38,747 bases of DNA from Vicugna vicugna (Eukaryota): assembly GCA_013265495.1 (NCBI GenBank), contig MU057930.1, forward strand, positions 780,298 through 819,044. The letters run 5' to 3'. Shown one piece after another: positions 34,661 to 38,747 of this stretch. Made by a program: the position numbers and the translations under genes. Every line of letters begins with the position of its first letter. Positions within the stretch are counted from its first letter, which is position 1. The notes below the pieces were generated by a model. It worked only from the letters and a program-made list of their open reading frames with translations, was not told where the DNA came from and made no database searches.

Positions 34661-35659
34661 CAACGCCCACTGGGACTGACCTGTGCTTGGCACCAAGGAC
34701 AAAGCAAGATGAATAAAACCATCTTTAAGAAAGAGACAGAAGCCCCCTGCCTTCTCCTGTAAGTAGAATGATATTCAACTACTGGGGTGCCTGATGCCAT
34801 GTGGATAGTTTCTGACCAAAAGGTTTACAGACCACGGGGTGCAGATAAGCGTGGAGCTCAGAAGGGTGCGTTCCCGCGCACCAACCTTTCTCTTCCCTGG
34901 GGAGGGCGAGCTCCTGCCTTCGCGGAGTAAACACAGCACAGTTTAAAATGGATATGGTCACACAGTGGGTCCTCTCCACCATCCCTGCACGTGCGCAAGT
35001 CACTGCTCAGACACTTGAACTGCATTCTGAGAGGTTAAGAACGGAGCGCTTTGAAACAGCAAGTCCAAGAAAGGTCAGAGCAAACAATTCTCTGTGAAAT
35101 ACAATTTGCATAGCAAATGATGCATTAAATGATGGTCTCGCTTTTCCGCGCTCATCATTACAACGGTGAGAAGGCAGCTCTGCACCCGGGTGCCCTCTGG
35201 ACGCAGGGACGTAGCACGCGCACAGACGGAACACAGACAAACCCTTGTCAAGGCGCGTGCAAGGTGCACACGCAAGGAGCCATCCGGCCACACTCAGTCC
35301 GAGGTCGCTTAAACGAACAAAGCCTGCAGCCAGTCTGCAGCGCCGCTGTGCTCGGGGACAGCCTTTCAGCTCCCTTATGAAAATGCATCGTTTATTGCAA
35401 TTTATTTCTCCACGGTGTGGTCTGCTAACCTTGGTGGCTTTTTAAGTACTTGGAAGACCATTCACGGAGCTTGAGTTGGTGAAAACAGAAGGGTGGTTGC
35501 AAATGGGATTTACGGAGTGGTTTCTGTCTGAAACAATGTTTCCTGATTAAAAAAAATGATGACTCTTTTGAAAACTTGTTTACAGCTTTTTTTTTAACTA
35601 TATGCATTTATGAATGCTGATTTATAGGATCAGAAATAATGTCCTTCTTGACATTTCCA

Positions 35660-36228
35660 ATTTTATTTTTCAATTTAAGTATGGTTGATTTGTGCTATTA
35701 TGTTAGTTTCAGGTGTACAATATAGTGACTTGCAACTGGTATAGACTATTCTTTATTTAGATTTATTATAAAATATTCACTCCAACCCCTGTGATGTACA
35801 ATATATTCTTGTTGCTTATTTATTTTATACACTGTAGTTTGTGTCTCTTAATCCCCTCCCCTTTTCTTGCCCCTCCCCACCCCTCTCCCCAGTGATCACC
35901 ACTAGCTTTTTCTCTGTATCTGTGAGTCTGCTTCTGTTTTGTTATATTCACTCATTTGTTTTTTTTTAGATTCCACATATAAGTTGTATCACACAGTATT
36001 TGTCTTTCTCTGTCTGATTTATTTCACTTAGCACAATGCCCTCCAGGTCCATCCATGTTGCTGCAAATGGCGTTATTTCATTCTTTTTTAGGGCTGAGTA
36101 GTATTCCATTGTGTAAATAAACCACAGCGTCTTTACCCATTTGTCTGTCGATGGTCATTTAGGTGGCTTTCCTATCTGGGTGTTTGTAAATAGTTCTGCT
36201 ATGAACATGGGGATGCATGTATCCCTCT
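35660..36228 (-). mobile_element. L1 3' end (L1MA/artiodactyl type)
   Basis: 'gttagtttcaggtgtacaatatagtga..tagattccacatataag..ccaggtccatccatgttgctgcaaatggc..ggctgagtagtattccattgtgta..tgctatgaacatggggatgcatgtatc'. Confidence 0.95.
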
Positions 36229-37039
36229 GTGTTCTTTAAACTTAGGTTTTGCAGTGTGCAATTCTCTGTCTGTCTCCTTGGCATGAAATGCTTCCATTGT
36301 GGCCCTCTTCCGCCTTCCAGAGGCGAGGGACATTCTCATCAGGCTTCGTGATTCTCAGAAAGGTTAATGCTCCGGTGGATAAAGGCACGTCCACCTTTCT
36401 TTCAGGGGCTCCGAAGGATGTGTCATCTCTCCTGCTTCATTCGACAGCAGCGTTGTCAAGTTTCTTCCTCTCATGAGGAAGCTCAGAGACTGTCTTTTAA
36501 AACCAGCATTTTGTTTTTGTTTTTGTTTTTGTTTTTCTAGGTTGCCTGGAGTGGCGTCGCAGAGATGGTTTCTGTGTTCAGGGGCCCGCGCTGACAGAGT
36601 CGTGCTCTGAGCTACGATTTCCTGCAGGACCTTCATGCGGGCCGGTGAGGAATGTGGGGAGGGGACAGGGCACAGGCAGAAGAACAGGGGCTCCAGTCAG
36701 CAGGGTGAACGCCGGCCTTCCCATGGCTCGCTCGTTGTCTCGTCAAACTTAGGAGACAGGGTGGATTTCCTTCTGTGCTAAGGGAAGAAAAAAAAAAAAA
36801 GGCTGGCGGTATGAGTGAAAGAAGGAAAGGAAAAGGGGGAAGAAGCTATTGGGTGAGCTTCGAGTGTATGTGGAGACCCCACAGCGGCAGACAGTCAGGG
36901 GCCACCAGCTCCGTCACCTGCAGGCTGTGGAGATTTCTGCACGCTGTTTGCAAAGGAGGTCTCGGCCCTGTGGGGTCGCCTTGCCAAGGAAGCGTGAGGA
37001 CCACGAGAGCGGAGCTCCAGACAGTAAACAATTAATAAG

Positions 37040-37340
37040 TGACTCAGCCCCGCGGTGGCGAGGGAGGACGAGCCAGTCGTGGCTTGGGCACAGAGATGCC
37101 TGCCTGCGCAGAAGGACCGCGAGTCGCCGTGTGTCTGCTGCAGCCCCCGGCTGCGCACCCTGGCCCCGCGTGCCCCTGGGGTTGCCGCCGTCTGGCTCCC
37201 CGCACCTCGGGACCACAGCCGCGGGGACAGCCCGGGGACGGCGCGGGAGGTGATGTCCCACCGCGTGAAGTCTCCGCATTCCCCTCACCACACGGAAGCC
37301 GGTGCCCCACACGGTGGCACTGGGCGCGTGGGGACCCCAG
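37040..37340. other. GC- and CpG-rich unique segment (CpG-island-like)
   Basis: Visibly high GC with many CpGs (ccgcgg, cgcgtg, ggcgcggg) and no recognised repeat. Observed/expected CpG was not computed. Confidence 0.45.
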
Positions 37341-38419
37341 TGTCTTTTAGGATTTGGGACAACCGTTCGTGAAAAAAATTTCGATGCGGTGTATTTCCTG
37401 TGGACACGATGACCCCCACTGTGTTGCCTTTGACTTGGTTCTATGACTGACCTAGTTCCTTTTCCCAGTGAGTAAGCGGGTCGAGTTCAAGTTCGGAGTC
37501 TCGGTGATTTTTGTGTTGTCAGCGACCCGTGTCATGGCTGTTCCAACAAGTCTTCAGAAACGACTTGCCGGAGAGACACACGCATTGGCAGTCTACACAA
37601 TGCGAGTTTTTCTGAGGTCGTCACGCGATTTATGGCCCCAAGATCCATCTGCCCCCCAACTTCCTTATCCGTGCACCCGGAAGGGTTCCAAGGACGGGTT
37701 TGCTTTTGGTTGGAAGCAAAGGGGGCGAGGGGTTCCCAGAACGAGAAGCAAGAACACACTTAATTGTCCTTTTGCTCTGGTTTTCATTTTAAATGATACA
37801 TTGGAAAGTCAAAATTCGTGTCACCCTCTTTCTCTCTCTGCCTGTTTTTTTAATGTTTTCACTGTCATCAGTTTTTTCGGAAAGGCACGTGGCTAACTTT
37901 TATTAGATACTTTTTTTTTTTCCTGACGCTGCCAACAGGGGTACCTTCTGGAAATGTGACAGTGAAACATGCATCCCCTCAAGGAGAGACGGTGCAATAA
38001 AATGCACCGCTAGCTTTGATTGCCCCAGCCTCTCGCAGGGAGAAAATCCCGCGTAGGGCCTGTACTTTGAAATTCTTCAGCAATCTGTCCCGAGGTGCGA
38101 CAAAAGCATTAAAATTCTGGAAGCCACTTGGCGGACATAATAAACTCTCGTAAACTGGATGCTTTTATGATTGTCTCCGCAACAGCTGGTTTTTGAATAA
38201 GATATTACGGAGAGGTGTAATGGATGTGCTTGGGCACGGCGCCGCTGAACGGGGCAGGATCGCTCCGTGTGAACTCGGGGGTTAAAGAATTCTGACTCCG
38301 CTCCGTTATAGCACAAAGCTGTCTTCACACTTTGCAGTAATAAGTATGGTGGGGGGGTCCTTGCCTCTGATCCCAGTCCATCGTGATATGACATTATCTT
38401 CAAGTTTGGGTTATAATAA

Positions 38420-38747
38420 GTTTTTTTTTCGCTTTTCTAATTGAACTAGAGTTGATTTACAATGTTGTGTTAATTTCTGGTGTACAGCATAGTAATTTAG
38501 TTATAAATATATATATATATAAAATACTTTTTATATTCTTTTTCATTATTGGCCATTATAAGATATTGAACATAGTTCCCCGTGCGCTACAGTAGGACCT
38601 TGCTCTTTATCTATTTTAAATATAGTAGTGTGTATCTGCAAATCCCAGACTCCCAATTTATCCCTCCCCACCCTTGTTCTCCCTGGTAACCATAAGTTTG
38701 TTTTCTGTGTGTGTGAGTCTGTTACTGTTTTGTAAATAAGTTCATTT
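38420..38747 (-). mobile_element. Artiodactyl-type L1 3' tail, running off the window end
   Basis: 'gttgatttacaatgttgtgttaatttctggtgtacagcatagt..tacagtaggaccttg..ggtaaccataagtttgttttct..tgtgagtctgtt..ttgtaaataagttcattt'. Confidence 0.95.

Noticed and set aside
34377..34800. Lys/Glu/Gly/Arg-rich and Pro/Ser/Phe-rich ORFs
   Set aside because: These are translations of the (TTCC)n low-complexity tract.

Overview
Mammalian non-coding genomic DNA (intergenic or deep intronic), most likely camelid (alpaca/llama/camel). The species call is inferred from four copies of a tRNA-Ala-derived SINE resembling the camelid vic-1 family and from artiodactyl-type L1 3' tails. I found no protein-coding exon, RNA gene, CRISPR array or other prokaryote-type system. 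The only ORFs with recognisable homology are decayed LINE-1 ORF2 pieces; a decayed L1 ORF1 end is also visible. Much of the window is interspersed repeat: L1 fragments (three with clear target-site duplications), MaLR/ERVL LTRs (MLT1, MLT2), ERV1-type solo LTRs including up to six related MER41-like copies, and the DNA transposons MER82 and MER20. Repeat family names are recalled from consensus sequences, not from a database search. The features most worth a second look are two consensus CTCF sites in convergent orientation (15360 +, 23633 -), several repeat-free blocks dense in homeodomain/POU/HOX motifs (29.5-38.3 kb, candidate developmental enhancers), a visible A/T-to-G/C substitution bias in old repeats, and a few structural oddities in the repeats. 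I see no convincing novel biological system.
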